64,000 bases of DNA from an uncultured Hyphomicrobiales bacterium (GCA_964577665.1 CAZOBD010000004.1:81-64080), one strand, 5' to 3'; counted from the stretch's first letter, positions 1 to 10,030 are shown. The notes: a model not told the origin generated them from the sequence alone. Numbers and translations: made by a program.

Positions 1-201
1 CATGTGCGGAGCTTTAGAAACTGCTTCGCCGCAGGCGCTCTACGCAATGACGGGAAGAATAGCCGGATTTCTTTAGTTATAGGTTTGATAAGGCATGGTC
101 ATTAGGAGAAGGAAATTCTCAATTACCAACATTCCGGCTAATAAGTTATCTATTATTTCCCTCGTTCTATCAGGGATTGGACAGTGCATATCCTATTACA
201 T

Positions 202-241
202 AAAAAAGCGCGGAGACTGATGCCGCCGCGCTAAAAAAAAT
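202..241. terminator. Bidirectional rho-independent terminator: hairpin AGCGCGG-N12-CCGCGCT flanked by A-runs on both sides, downstream of rplI
   Basis: Perfect 7-bp GC-rich inverted repeat at 207-232 with poly-A on + strand (poly-T on - strand) immediately after the rplI stop. Confidence 0.5.
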
Positions 242-257
242 CTGTTTCACAAAAAGA

Positions 258-704
258 CTATTCTTCGCTGATAACCCAAATTTTCAGGGAAGCCATCACT
301 TCCGGATGGAGTTTTATTTTTACGTCGAAAACACCGAGTGATTTGATAGGCTCCTCAATAATAATGTTCCTGCGGTCAATATCAAATCCGCGCACTTCAA
401 GTTCCTGCGCGATCATCTGACCCGTAACCGAGCCGTAAAGTTTTCCTTCCTCGCCTACTTTCATGGCAATGCTTATCTGCATTTCAGCAAGCTGTTTTGC
501 AAGCTCTTCCGCCATGGATTTTTCTTTTGCCATTTTCCTGACGTAGAGTTTCTTTTCAACTTCCAGCTTCTTCATGGCTCCGGAAGTTGCATTATATGCA
601 AGCTCTCTCGGTATCAGGTAATTTCTTGCATAACCGCTTTTTACGGTAACTATATCGCCCATTTCTCCAAGTTTTTCGACAGGGGCTCTTAAAACTACTT
701 TCAT
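258..704 (-). CDS. rplI: 50S ribosomal protein L9
   Basis: 148 aa; N-terminal MKVVLRAPVEKLGEMGDIVTVKSGYARNYLIP and overall length/charge pattern typical of bL9. Confidence 0.9.
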   Translation of the reverse strand: MKVVLRAPVEKLGEMGDIVTVKSGYARNYLIPRELAYNATSGAMKKLEVEKKLYVRKMAKEKSMAEELAKQLAEMQISIAMKVGEEGKLYGSVTGQMIAQELEVRGFDIDRRNIIIEEPIKSLGVFDVKIKLHPEVMASLKIWVISEE

Positions 705-746
705 TTCTGAAATCCTTTTATATTAATTTTTTTATTTCAATTTGAA

Positions 747-1268
747 TTATTCTGCCTTATCTGTTTCAGACTTTTCTTCTTCTTTTGTTATTTCCGTTTC
801 TTTTTCTGGTGCTTTTTCTGGTGCTTTTTCTGGTGCTTTTTCTGGTGCTTTTTCTGGTGCTGCTTTAATATTTTTATCTTTCTTGGATTTATCCTCACCT
901 TCAGGTACTCCGAAGAGCCCTCCGTATGCCATACCGTCCGCCAGACCTTTATTTTTGCGGTATTCGAAAAGTCTGTCGGGGAGTAAAAGTGTCAGATGTC
1001 TCAAAACAGTATCTTCAAGCACCAAAAAACGTTCGAGAATAGGAATTGTTGCGGGGGTAGAGTTAAATACGATATGGACGTAAAACCCGTTAAACTTTTT
1101 GTTAATGGGGTATGCCAGTCTCTTGCGTCCCCAGCGGTCCAGTTCGGAAATTTCTCCGCCATGGTTTTCAATGTAACCGGTCACTTTTTCTATAACAGAC
1201 TCAATGTCTGTATCTTCCAGAGCCGCATTTACAATGAAAGTCGTTTCGTATCGACGGCGTAAGCTCAT
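747..1268 (-). CDS. rpsF: 30S ribosomal protein S6 with C-terminal low-complexity (APEK)5/acidic extension
   Basis: 173 aa; N-terminal RRYETTFIVNAALEDTDIESVIEKV...GGEI...DRWGRKRLAYPI matches the bS6 fold signature; sits directly upstream of rplI. Confidence 0.85.
   Translation of the reverse strand: MSLRRRYETTFIVNAALEDTDIESVIEKVTGYIENHGGEISELDRWGRKRLAYPINKKFNGFYVHIVFNSTPATIPILERFLVLEDTVLRHLTLLLPDRLFEYRKNKGLADGMAYGGLFGVPEGEDKSKKDKNIKAAPEKAPEKAPEKAPEKAPEKETEITKEEEKSETDKAE
808..872. repeat. 5 tandem copies of a 15-bp unit (CTTTTTCTGGTGCTT) inside rpsF, encoding (APEK)5 on the - strand
   Basis: Direct reading of sequence 808-872; produces the spurious antisense ORF 742..1083 (FSGAFSGAF...). Confidence 0.8.
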
Positions 1269-1362
1269 TATTGTACTCCTGCTTAATTATGTTGTATTAA
1301 TATTACTTTTTTAACTAAACTTTTTAGTCAAAGAACAACAAATATAAGAGTTTATTTTCAAT

Positions 1363-1608
1363 CTACAAAATTATTTTTTTGAAAATATGCTGTAATTCAT
1401 ACTGTCCAGAAATTATTATTTTAGATACCGGCATGATATGGCTGTTATAGGGCTTACACAGATCAGCGGCTGTCAAAGTTCCGGTTTGGTACCTTTCCAG
1501 CAGAGATGCATTTATAATATCATCTGCAAAAGGCACGTCTGCCCCGAAACAAAAAATAAACAGCAGAAGTACTGCAGGAGGTATATATGGGAGGATTCTT
1601 TTCAGCAT
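1363..1608 (-). CDS. Hypothetical small protein with N-terminal hydrophobic segment
   Basis: 81-aa ORF, hydrophobic N-terminus (PPAVLLLFIFCFGA); no recognisable family. Confidence 0.3.
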   Translation of the reverse strand: MLKRILPYIPPAVLLLFIFCFGADVPFADDIINASLLERYQTGTLTAADLCKPYNSHIMPVSKIIISGQYELQHIFKKIIL

Positions 1609-1706
1609 TGTTTTATTTATTTATTCGTAAAATTTAACAAATTACTAAAATATTATTAATTTTGAATAAAATAAATTTCAGAGAAATTTTCGATTTTAAA
1701 GATATT

Positions 1707-4700
1707 ATGAAAAAAGTACTGATAGTAGAAGACCACAGGCATACTAAAGAAATGTTCCTCAGGAAACTTGAAAATACCGGTTTTGAAGTGCAGACAGCAG
1801 AAACCGGACAGGAAGCGTTTGACAAAGCCGCCGTGTTTTATCCGGACATTATACTGCTCGATTATTATCTGCCTGATTTCAACGGCAGGGAAGTGATAAA
1901 AAAATTGAGGGAAATGAATTTACATTTTCCGTTTATTGTCATCACAGCCATTGATGAGGTTCACACTGCCGTGGAAATGATGAAAATGGGAGCATCGGAT
2001 TATCTTGTCAAAGACAGACAGCTTATAGAACTTATCCCCTCTCAGATACATAAAGTATTGAAACAAAAAGCTAATGTCAGAAAGCTGAAGCACTCAGACG
2101 ACTATCTTTTGGAAAGCAACAGGCGGTTTTATGATCTTTTTCAAAATTCCATCGACCCTGTTTTTTATATTGATAAAAAGGGAGATTTCATCGAATTCAA
2201 CAATGCCTTTAAAAATATTTTTGAATTTGACAACCGGGATACACTGACGCAAAGCTTCAAAACATTTTTTGAAAACGAAGATGAATTTAATCTGCTGATG
2301 GAAGACCTGCAAAACCGTCAAATTAAAAACCGTCTTGTTACCCTGAAGACCTCCTCGAATAAAAAGATTGAATGCACTTTGAACATAATTCCCCGGCAGG
2401 ATTCAGGCGATGATTTTTATGATTATCTGGTAATAGCCCATAAAAGCGAAAAGGAAGCATACCCCTACGGCAAAAGTGATCTTGATGAAAATTTTGCAAA
2501 AAGCATCATTGAAATAGCCCAATCTATCGTCTTGGTGCTCAATAAAGAAGGGAAAATTCTGCATTATAATACCTATCTGGAAGGTCTCACCGGCAAACCG
2601 CTCTCCGAAACATCAGGCAGCGACTGGTTCGATACTTTTATTGAAAAGGATAAAAGCAGAGAGCTGCGCGAGTTTTTCCATAAAACTCTGCAGGAAAACA
2701 AAGTGGAGAGCATGGTTAACCCCATAGTTGCAAAAAACGGTGAAAAAATTGACATACAATGGTACGACCGTGTTTTGAAAAACGAAGAAGGTGAATCTGT
2801 GGGACTTTTGGCTATCGGGCATAATATTACGGAACGCACCCGCTATGAAGAAGAATTAAACCGAAGCCGCCGCCAAATGGAAAGCGTTTTCGACGGTATT
2901 CCGGATCTTATTTTTCATCTTTCACCTGATTTTAAAGTCAGCCGAACTAATAAAGCTGCTGCCGACCTGAAACCTGATTCCGAAGGCAGGGATATTTTCG
3001 ATGTATTACCGCAGCTAAATGATATTTCGATGTTTCTGCATAATGTGCAAACAAAAAGAGAGCGGCAAAAAACAGAAATAAAATCCCAAAGCTTAAGCAG
3101 ACAGCTTAAGGATAATTTCTGGGAAGTTACAGCCGTTCCCCTTATGCAAAGCGAGGGATGCGGTATAGTTCTTATATTAAGGAACATCACAGAAAGTAAA
3201 TTAGCCGGGCAGACCAAAAGTCTTCTTGCTTCTATCGTAGAATCTTCGGAAGATGCAATAATCGGGCTGTCCCTTGAAGGAGAAATACTAAGCTGGAATT
3301 TAGGCGCTGAAAAAACATACGGTTATTCACAATCGGAAATTATCGGCAGACATATTTCACTAATAGTTCCAAAAGATAGGCATACTGCCATTGAAAAAAC
3401 TCTCGAAAGGGTAAAAAACAAAGAGATTATAGAGCGATATGAAGCCTACCATATCAAAAAAAACGGAGAGAGAATTTTTGTTTCACTAACTGTCTCATAT
3501 TTTGAAGATGCTCAAAACAACGCTGTAGGCGTTTCTGTTATTTCCAGAGATATAACAAAGTCTAAAAAAGCAGAAAAAGCCTTGCAGGAAAGCAAAACCC
3601 GCTTTAAAGAGCTTTACGACAATATGAGCAGCGGAGTAATCTTTTATGAAGCTGCCCTTAACGGCGAAGATTTTATCATCAAGGATATGAATCCTGCCGC
3701 AGAGAAAATTGAAAAATTGAGTAAATCCGAGCTTATTCACAAAAGACTAAGTGAAATAGTGCCGAAAGACCTGAATAAGGGACTTTTCGACATATACAAG
3801 CAGGTTTGGCAAAGCGGCGAACCGCAGGAGTATCTGTTTACCTTTTATCAGGATGCTGATAAAATCAGCGGTTGGCGCAAAAATTATATCTACAAGCTGC
3901 CATCAGGAGAAATCGTTTCGATTTTTGACGATACATCCGAGAAAATTGCATCAGAAGAAGCTTTAAAAGAAAGCGAAGAGCGCTACCGCGGCTTCGTGCA
4001 GAATTTCAAGGGAATAGCATTCCGCTGGACCGTCGATTATATACCCCTGCTTTTTCACGGTTCTGTCAAGGAAATTACAGGATACCAAGAAGAAGACTTT
4101 ACCCAAAAAAGAATAAAATGGGGAGACATTATCCATCCCAAAGACATGGAATCAATCAAAGCCCAAAGTGAGCTCGTAGGTATCATGCCAAATTACGAAC
4201 ACGATTTCGAGTACCGCATTATCCGTCGTGACGGCGAAACGGTATGGGTGCACGAGCACCTTCAGAATATTTGTGATGAAGACGGTAATCTCCAATACAT
4301 ACAGGGTACGATATATAACATTACCGAACGGAAAAAAGCAGAATTTGACTTGAAACGCTCTCAGGAGCAGCTTCGAAATCTTGCCATGCACCTTGAAACT
4401 GCACGTGAAGAAGAGAAAAAGAGAATTGCCCTTGAAATACATGACGAACTAGGCCATGCTTTGACTGCTCTTAAGCTGGACCTGGCATGGCTGCTAAAGA
4501 AAAAATTTCTCCGAAGGGAAGCCCTTCTCGACAAGATCAGAACAATGTATGAAATAATAGAATCGACAATCCGTAAAGTGCGTTTAATCTCTACCGAACT
4601 GCGTCCCAGCGTTTTGGATCATTTCGGTTTGGTAGCGGCTATTGAATGGCAGGCGAAAGAATTTCAGAAACGTACTGCATGCAGAACCCGGCTTACTATA

Positions 4701-5015
4701 TCTCCACAGGAGATAAACGCCGACGAATACAGAAAAACAGCCCTGTTCAGGATTTTTCAGGAGATACTTACCAATGTAGCGCGTCATGCCAACGCTTCGA
4801 GGGTGGATGTCAATCTTGAAATGAAAAACGGTACTCTGGAATTAAAAGTCAGCGACAACGGAAAAGGTATTAAACAAGAGCAGATAAAAGACGTTAAGTC
4901 TTTCGGTCTTATCGGAATGTACGAAAGAACCAATGCCATGGGAGGACATCTGACAATTAGCGGTATCTCCGGCATCGGCACAACCGTAACAGTAAAGATT
5001 CCTATGGAGGAATAA
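1707..5015 (+). CDS. Hybrid sensor histidine kinase: N-terminal response-regulator receiver (REC) domain, multiple PAS/PAC domains, HisKA_3 dimerisation/phosphoacceptor domain and HATPase_c
   Basis: REC motifs (KVLIVEDH..., IILLDYYLPDFNG, acceptor Asp); repeated PAS-like blocks (NITERTRYEE, ISRDITKSKKAE, YNITERKKAE); H-box EEEKKRIALEIHDELGHALTALKLDL typical of NarX/DegS-type HisKA_3; C-terminal HATPase G-boxes (DNGKGI, GLIGMYER, GIGTTV). ORF opens at 1662 but MKKVLIVEDH at 1707 is the likely start. Confidence 0.8.
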   Translation: MKKVLIVEDHRHTKEMFLRKLENTGFEVQTAETGQEAFDKAAVFYPDIILLDYYLPDFNGREVIKKLREMNLHFPFIVITAIDEVHTAVEMMKMGASDYLVKDRQLIELIPSQIHKVLKQKANVRKLKHSDDYLLESNRRFYDLFQNSIDPVFYIDKKGDFIEFNNAFKNIFEFDNRDTLTQSFKTFFENEDEFNLLMEDLQNRQIKNRLVTLKTSSNKKIECTLNIIPRQDSGDDFYDYLVIAHKSEKEAYPYGKSDLDENFAKSIIEIAQSIVLVLNKEGKILHYNTYLEGLTGKPLSETSGSDWFDTFIEKDKSRELREFFHKTLQENKVESMVNPIVAKNGEKIDIQWYDRVLKNEEGESVGLLAIGHNITERTRYEEELNRSRRQMESVFDGIPDLIFHLSPDFKVSRTNKAAADLKPDSEGRDIFDVLPQLNDISMFLHNVQTKRERQKTEIKSQSLSRQLKDNFWEVTAVPLMQSEGCGIVLILRNITESKLAGQTKSLLASIVESSEDAIIGLSLEGEILSWNLGAEKTYGYSQSEIIGRHISLIVPKDRHTAIEKTLERVKNKEIIERYEAYHIKKNGERIFVSLTVSYFEDAQNNAVGVSVISRDITKSKKAEKALQESKTRFKELYDNMSSGVIFYEAALNGEDFIIKDMNPAAEKIEKLSKSELIHKRLSEIVPKDLNKGLFDIYKQVWQSGEPQEYLFTFYQDADKISGWRKNYIYKLPSGEIVSIFDDTSEKIASEEALKESEERYRGFVQNFKGIAFRWTVDYIPLLFHGSVKEITGYQEEDFTQKRIKWGDIIHPKDMESIKAQSELVGIMPNYEHDFEYRIIRRDGETVWVHEHLQNICDEDGNLQYIQGTIYNITERKKAEFDLKRSQEQLRNLAMHLETAREEEKKRIALEIHDELGHALTALKLDLAWLLKKKFLRREALLDKIRTMYEIIESTIRKVRLISTELRPSVLDHFGLVAAIEWQAKEFQKRTACRTRLTISPQEINADEYRKTALFRIFQEILTNVARHANASRVDVNLEMKNGTLELKVSDNGKGIKQEQIKDVKSFGLIGMYERTNAMGGHLTISGISGIGTTVTVKIPMEE

Positions 5016-5053
5016 AATAAAAGACAAAAAATATTTAAATAAACAGGATTTAT

Positions 5054-5473
5054 ATGACAGTAAAGCATCATTATATTGAAGTATCAACTCGGGGATTTAA
5101 TGATATTGTCGATATCAGCGCCTTAGTTTTTGAAAAAGTCAAAGAAAGCAAAATAAAAAACGGTAATGTACTGGTTTTTTGCCCCGGTTCGACTTGCGGT
5201 ATTACAACTATTGAATATGAATCAGGATGTATCAGCGATTTTAAAGATTTTTTCGAGCGGAATGCACCTCAAAACATTGAATACAAGCACAATCTTCGAT
5301 GGGGAGACGGTAACGGTTTCTCTCACGTCAGAGCTGCTCTGCTGAAGGCAAGCTTTGTTTTTCCTATCATTGAAAACGAACCCGTATTGGGCACTTGGCA
5401 GCAGATAGTATTAGTTGATTTCGACAACAATCCCCGAAACAGGAAAGTAATCGTTCAGATTACGGGAGAATAA
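5054..5473 (+). CDS. yjbQ: YjbQ/UPF0047 family protein (secondary thiamine-phosphate synthase-like)
   Basis: 139 aa, motifs ...VLVFCPGSTCGITTIEYESG... and ...GNGFSHVRAALL... typical of the YjbQ family. Confidence 0.65.
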   Translation: MTVKHHYIEVSTRGFNDIVDISALVFEKVKESKIKNGNVLVFCPGSTCGITTIEYESGCISDFKDFFERNAPQNIEYKHNLRWGDGNGFSHVRAALLKASFVFPIIENEPVLGTWQQIVLVDFDNNPRNRKVIVQITGE

Positions 5474-5477
5474 ACTT

Positions 5478-6584
5478 TTATTCAGAATTCTTTCTGACGG
5501 AAACTATATGGATGTCAGAGCCGCTTTGAGAAATCGCCTTAATCTCAAATGAAGGAGCTGAATCAATAGAATTGACTGACAGAGCCCGAAATGAGTGATA
5601 CCCCTGTCCAAATAGTTTCGGAGCAATAAAAGTATGTAATTCATCCACAAGACCGCTTTGAGCAAAAGAGGAGAAAACTTTCGCCCCCCCTTCGACTAAA
5701 AGAGCAGACATTCCCAGACTATTTCCTATTTTAGAAACTACGTCGTTAATTTCCAGTTTATCGGATTCATCAAGTATGCAGGGCACAAGATTAACCCCGG
5801 CAACGCTTAAGACACCTGCTTTTCTAGATGAAGCTGCTGCCTCTGAACAAAAAACATAAGTATTGCATCTGTCGAAATCACTTAGGACTTTTAAAGTAAG
5901 GGGCAGGGAAAGCTGAGTATCAAGAATCAGCCTTTTAGGACAGTGACCTTCCACATAGCGGGTTGTCAAGCTCGGGTCATCAGATGAAACAGTCTGATTG
6001 CCAACTAGTATGGCATCAACCGAGGCACGTAAAATATGTCCTCTGCGTCTGCTTTCTTCACCGGTAATCCATTTTGATTCACCATGTGCAGTGGCAATAT
6101 TTCCGTCAATAGTCTGCCCTGTTTTCAAAATTACATAAGGAAGACCGGTAGTGATATGCTTTATGAAGAATCTGTTAATCCATCTAGATTCATCTTCCAG
6201 AACTCCTTCCACTACTTCGATACCTGCTTCACGAAGCCTTTTGGCGCCACCTCCCTCAACTTTTGTATTAGGATCGCTCATCCCTATTACAACTTTGGAG
6301 ATTTTCTTTTCAATAATTGCATCCGTGCACGGCGGAGTCTTGCCGGTATGGTTGCAAGGTTCGAGATTGACATACAATACTGATCCTTCGAGTTCTGATT
6401 CCGGCGCTGAATTTATTGCCTCAATTTCCGCATGTGGTTTGCCGTATTCTTTGTGCCAGCCTTCGCTGATAATCTCTCCGTCCTTAACCAAAACTGCACC
6501 AACACGCGGATTAGGATTAACCTGCCCGCTACCTTTCAGCGCCAGCTCAAGCGCTCTTTTCATCAAAAGTTCATCGTTGTTCAT
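5478..6584 (-). CDS. ribD: Bifunctional riboflavin biosynthesis protein RibD (pyrimidine deaminase / reductase)
   Basis: 368 aa; CMP/dCMP-type zinc deaminase motifs HAEIEAI and PCNHTGKTPPC in N-terminal half, RibD C-terminal reductase half (GGAKVFSSF...). Confidence 0.85.
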   Translation of the reverse strand: MNNDELLMKRALELALKGSGQVNPNPRVGAVLVKDGEIISEGWHKEYGKPHAEIEAINSAPESELEGSVLYVNLEPCNHTGKTPPCTDAIIEKKISKVVIGMSDPNTKVEGGGAKRLREAGIEVVEGVLEDESRWINRFFIKHITTGLPYVILKTGQTIDGNIATAHGESKWITGEESRRRGHILRASVDAILVGNQTVSSDDPSLTTRYVEGHCPKRLILDTQLSLPLTLKVLSDFDRCNTYVFCSEAAASSRKAGVLSVAGVNLVPCILDESDKLEINDVVSKIGNSLGMSALLVEGGAKVFSSFAQSGLVDELHTFIAPKLFGQGYHSFRALSVNSIDSAPSFEIKAISQSGSDIHIVSVRKNSE

Positions 6585-7417
6585 TCTCTGTCCAGATTAA
6601 TTGATTTAGTGACTGTATAAGCCTCCGGTTTGGCAGGAATAATATATACTGCAATTGCTTCGCTTATTTTTTTTCCATCGCGGTCTCTGCCGTCCCATAC
6701 CAGTTCATAAGTATAAGTGTCACCAATTTTTTCGGGCTTCACAGGCATTACCATCTGCATAAAATTTTTGCCTTCCGACGAATCCCAGACCGGTGGTTTT
6801 CTAACCATTTTTGATACACCGTAAAGCTCAATTCTCAATGTTTCCGAGTCGGGTATATATTCGTTTTCTCTTTCTTTAAGCCTTGTTGCTTTCAGTGTGA
6901 ATTTATATTTATCTTCCGATATTTTTTTGAAACCGGGTTCAAGCAAAAGAAACTCTTTATTAAAAATTTCATTTGTACTTAGTTCTGAACAATTAACTCT
7001 GAAATATCTGGGAGTTTTATTCTCACCCCTCTCTTCAAAAATGAAATCGCAGAAGCAGCCTTCCTCACCCCAATTTTCAGGTTTTGGCATTTTTATATCG
7101 GCAGTAAATATTTCAACATTGTTTTTTGTTTCCTTTTTTATTCCGTACGATCTGACAAATCCGCTTTGCTTTGCTTTGACCGATTTTATATCTCTGCTAA
7201 AATCATAAACGATAACTATTAAATTTGAGATGGATTTATAGAAATCGTAAGATTCTTTCCCTAGGGCAGTATTTTTAACAATGTGAAAAACCAAAGAATC
7301 GCCTTTGTCGCTTACGCTTACCTCGGGTTTGTATCTGCTGTGAAGAATGATGGCATTTTGAGATCTGCATCCTGCAATAATCATTATAACAGCAAATATA
7401 AACAGAACTATTTTCAT
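6581..7417 (-). CDS. Hypothetical lipoprotein
   Basis: Signal peptide with lipobox (FAVIMIIAGC); 4-bp overlap with ribD start; no family recognised. Confidence 0.45.
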   Translation of the reverse strand: MKIVLFIFAVIMIIAGCRSQNAIILHSRYKPEVSVSDKGDSLVFHIVKNTALGKESYDFYKSISNLIVIVYDFSRDIKSVKAKQSGFVRSYGIKKETKNNVEIFTADIKMPKPENWGEEGCFCDFIFEERGENKTPRYFRVNCSELSTNEIFNKEFLLLEPGFKKISEDKYKFTLKATRLKERENEYIPDSETLRIELYGVSKMVRKPPVWDSSEGKNFMQMVMPVKPEKIGDTYTYELVWDGRDRDGKKISEAIAVYIIPAKPEAYTVTKSINLDRE

Positions 7418-7525
7418 TGAAAACCAAAATAAATTCTAAATTATTCTTAATTTGAAAAAGAAATTTAAGGTATTATTTTTAAAAAATAAAAATATTTTTT
7501 TTATTTAATTTTAGTAAATCTAAAA

Positions 7526-8305
7526 ATGAAAAATCTTTTAATAATAACCATCATTCTTTCTGCTTTTTCGAGCAGTTATATTCTTACTGCCCAAGGAAAA
7601 GGCTCATCAGGCGGCAGCTCATGCTACGAATCAAGATATATAGTGCAAATGCCGACTGCGGGAGTTATCGATAAAGGTCATTTCCTTGTGTATTCAGAAT
7701 ATTTTTCCGGCGGCGGTTTTCTGCTTCAAATAGGCGCCGCTCCGTTCCGGGATTTTAATTTCGGAATAAGCTTCAGCGGCACAAACTTTGTTGGAGCAGG
7801 TGAAATAGAAACTCAGAAATATCCGGGCATACAGATAAGCTATAGAATTATTAACGAAACTCTTTATTTTCCGGCTGTTCTGATAGGTGTAAACACTCAA
7901 GGCAGAGAAAAATATCTCTCAGAATACGAATCCTTTTTAATAATGTCTCCCGGTATCTTTCTTGCTTTGAGCAAAACTTTTAACTGGCAAATGGGAGAGT
8001 TTTCTCTTCACGGCGGTATTAATTATTCCATTGAAGGAGTTCCCTCGAGCCGTCTTCCGAATATCTATTTTGGAATTGAGCATTCTATAGGCTCTTCAAT
8101 GTCATTAAATCTGGAATATAATGCAGCATCTGCAATTATGGACGAAAGCTTAATGAAAAACAGGGGACTGCTTAATCTTGCATGGAGAATTTCAATATCG
8201 GAAGGATTTACAATAGAACTGCAGGCAGTTGACCTCCTTGAAAATCTTCAACCTGCAGGCGGCTTCAGAAGAAATATTGGTATGGAATTCATTAAAGCTT
8301 TTTGA
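7526..8305 (+). CDS. Hypothetical secreted protein, possible outer-membrane beta-barrel
   Basis: Signal peptide (MKNLLIITIILSAFSSSYILTAQG), alternating amphipathic strands, C-terminal aromatic residue (…FIKAF). Confidence 0.4.
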   Translation: MKNLLIITIILSAFSSSYILTAQGKGSSGGSSCYESRYIVQMPTAGVIDKGHFLVYSEYFSGGGFLLQIGAAPFRDFNFGISFSGTNFVGAGEIETQKYPGIQISYRIINETLYFPAVLIGVNTQGREKYLSEYESFLIMSPGIFLALSKTFNWQMGEFSLHGGINYSIEGVPSSRLPNIYFGIEHSIGSSMSLNLEYNAASAIMDESLMKNRGLLNLAWRISISEGFTIELQAVDLLENLQPAGGFRRNIGMEFIKAF

Positions 8306-8368
8306 ATATTACCCAAATTTCATTATCTTTTTAGCAAAGATTATTTTTAATAAACGATAAAAATTCTT

Positions 8369-9856
8369 ATGGAACAGACCGCTGACCTGACCATAGACGT
8401 AAACTCTTATACGCTGACAGCCTTCTTGCTCTATATGCTGATTATAGTAGGCATAGGCATATTCTCTTCAAAATTTTCCTCCAAAGGTATGGCAAACTTT
8501 TTTCTCGGGGGAAGGAAGCTAAACAGATACGTTGTTGCCCTGTCTGCGGTAGTATCAGGACGCAGCGCGTGGCTGCTTTTAGGTTTTACGGGAATGGCTT
8601 ACGTTAGGGGTATGTCGGCAATATGGGCTGCCGCCGGCTATATTGTCTCTGAGTTTCTCCTTTTCTTTTTTTACGCCCCCAGACTGAGAAATTTTACCGA
8701 AAAAAGAGACTGCATAACTCTCCCCGATTTCTTTGCAGAAAGGTTTAATGACAGAACCGGTTCTCTGCGCATAATATTGGTTTCCGTAATAGTTCTCTTT
8801 ATGGTTAGTTATGTATCGGCGCAGTTCGTCGGCGGCGGTAAGGCATTCGCTTCCAGTTTCGGATTAAGCAATACGGCAGGAGTTTTAATAACTGCCGGAA
8901 TAGTTTTGTTTTACACCGTAATAGGAGGATTCCTCGCAGTCAGCCTTACCGATATGCTGCAGGCAATTTTCATGATTATAGCTCTTTTAGTCCTGCCGGT
9001 TGTAGCTATTGTAAATTTCGGCGGCTGGGAGCTAATAACAGCCGAGCTTGCCCGCACGGACACATTATTCTTAGATCCTCTGGCACTTTCGGGAGGGGCG
9101 CTTATCGGATTTCTCGGTATCGGATTGGGTTCGCCGGGTAATCCTCACATTTTAATCCGGTATATGTCCATAGAAAATTCAAAACATCTGAAAGCATCAG
9201 CATATATAGGTACTATCTGGAATGTGCTGATGGCTGTCGGAGCTTTGTTTATCGGTATAGCAGGCAGAGCATATTTTCCTGATTCGGCTTTGCTGCCGGG
9301 TAATGATCCCGAAAACCTGTATCCTCTTCTTGCCGAGAACCAGCTTCATCCCATACTTTTCGGTATGATAATATCCTCAATTTTTGCTGCAATAATGTCC
9401 ACATGCGATTCACAGCTTCTGGTAGCCGCTTCCAGTATTGTAAGGGATATTTATCAAAAGGTTATCAAAAGAGGCAGAGTAGTTTCAGAAAAAACTCTAA
9501 TGATCCTAAGCAGAGTGATGGTAACTGTGCTGGTAGTAGCAGCGCTGATTCTTGGAATGCTTGCTCAAGAGCTGGTTTTCTGGCTCGTTTTATTTGCCTG
9601 GGCAGGTCTTGGAGCTGCTATAGGCCCCGTTTCCATTTTAGCACTGTTCTGGAAGAAGACAAGCTTGTCAGCAGTAACAGCCGGTATGCTGACAGGTACT
9701 TTTACCGTTATTATATGGTATTACATACCGTCTTTGAATGAACTGATGTATGAGCTGGTACCCGCATTTTTTCTAAGTACAGCCGTTACAATTATTGTCA
9801 GCTTGTTTACAAAGGCTCCTGAAAATTCCGAAGCAATGTTTAAGGATATGGAATAA
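8369..9856 (+). CDS. Sodium:solute symporter family (SSF; PutP/PanF-like) transporter
   Basis: 495 aa polytopic membrane protein with SSF-like blocks (GGRKLNRYVVALSAVVSGRSAWLLLG, GGFLAVSLTDMLQA). Confidence 0.75.
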   Translation: MEQTADLTIDVNSYTLTAFLLYMLIIVGIGIFSSKFSSKGMANFFLGGRKLNRYVVALSAVVSGRSAWLLLGFTGMAYVRGMSAIWAAAGYIVSEFLLFFFYAPRLRNFTEKRDCITLPDFFAERFNDRTGSLRIILVSVIVLFMVSYVSAQFVGGGKAFASSFGLSNTAGVLITAGIVLFYTVIGGFLAVSLTDMLQAIFMIIALLVLPVVAIVNFGGWELITAELARTDTLFLDPLALSGGALIGFLGIGLGSPGNPHILIRYMSIENSKHLKASAYIGTIWNVLMAVGALFIGIAGRAYFPDSALLPGNDPENLYPLLAENQLHPILFGMIISSIFAAIMSTCDSQLLVAASSIVRDIYQKVIKRGRVVSEKTLMILSRVMVTVLVVAALILGMLAQELVFWLVLFAWAGLGAAIGPVSILALFWKKTSLSAVTAGMLTGTFTVIIWYYIPSLNELMYELVPAFFLSTAVTIIVSLFTKAPENSEAMFKDME

Positions 9857-9861
9857 CCATG

Positions 9862-10030
9862 ATTTAGGAAAATCACACAAAGGGATGATTATTTTTAAGC
9901 AAGATGTCAGACACCTTTGAGGTGTCGGACATCTGATTATCAAAAAACATCCCCTCTTGAGAGCAATGACCTAACAATTGGAGGAAAAAGATGTCCAACA
10001 TCTGGCAGATGTCGGACATCTGAAGGGCAA
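9862..10030. repeat. Intergenic palindromic repeat cluster: one copy of module C (…CCATGATTTAGGAAAATCACACAAAGGGATGATTAT…, minus orientation) plus two GATGTCNNACATC-type hairpins (9903-9933, 9990-10020)
   Basis: Module C recurs at 12790-12835, 12955-12998, 13673-13715, 37506-37548 and 53140-53180; hairpin arms recur at 37287, 49363, 56667 and 60817. Confidence 0.7.

Noticed and set aside
1-257. Possible 3' end of a structured ncRNA (RNase P / tmRNA) in the ORF-free leader
   Set aside because: No convincing match to conserved RNase P (…ACAGAACCCGGCTTA…) or tmRNA (…GGTTCGAATCC…CCA) blocks on either strand; left unannotated.
742-1083. ORF-track + strand ORF with FSGAFSGAFSGAF repeat
   Set aside because: Antisense translation of the 15-bp tandem inside rpsF; no independent support.
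2094-4787. Multiple 60-100-aa minus-strand ORFs inside the hybrid kinase gene, and plus-strand ORFs inside the large minus-strand T9SS genes (e.g. 14233..14487, 18103..18602, 38198..39756)
   Set aside because: Nested in confidently coding regions on the opposite strand with no family resemblance; typical antisense artefacts.
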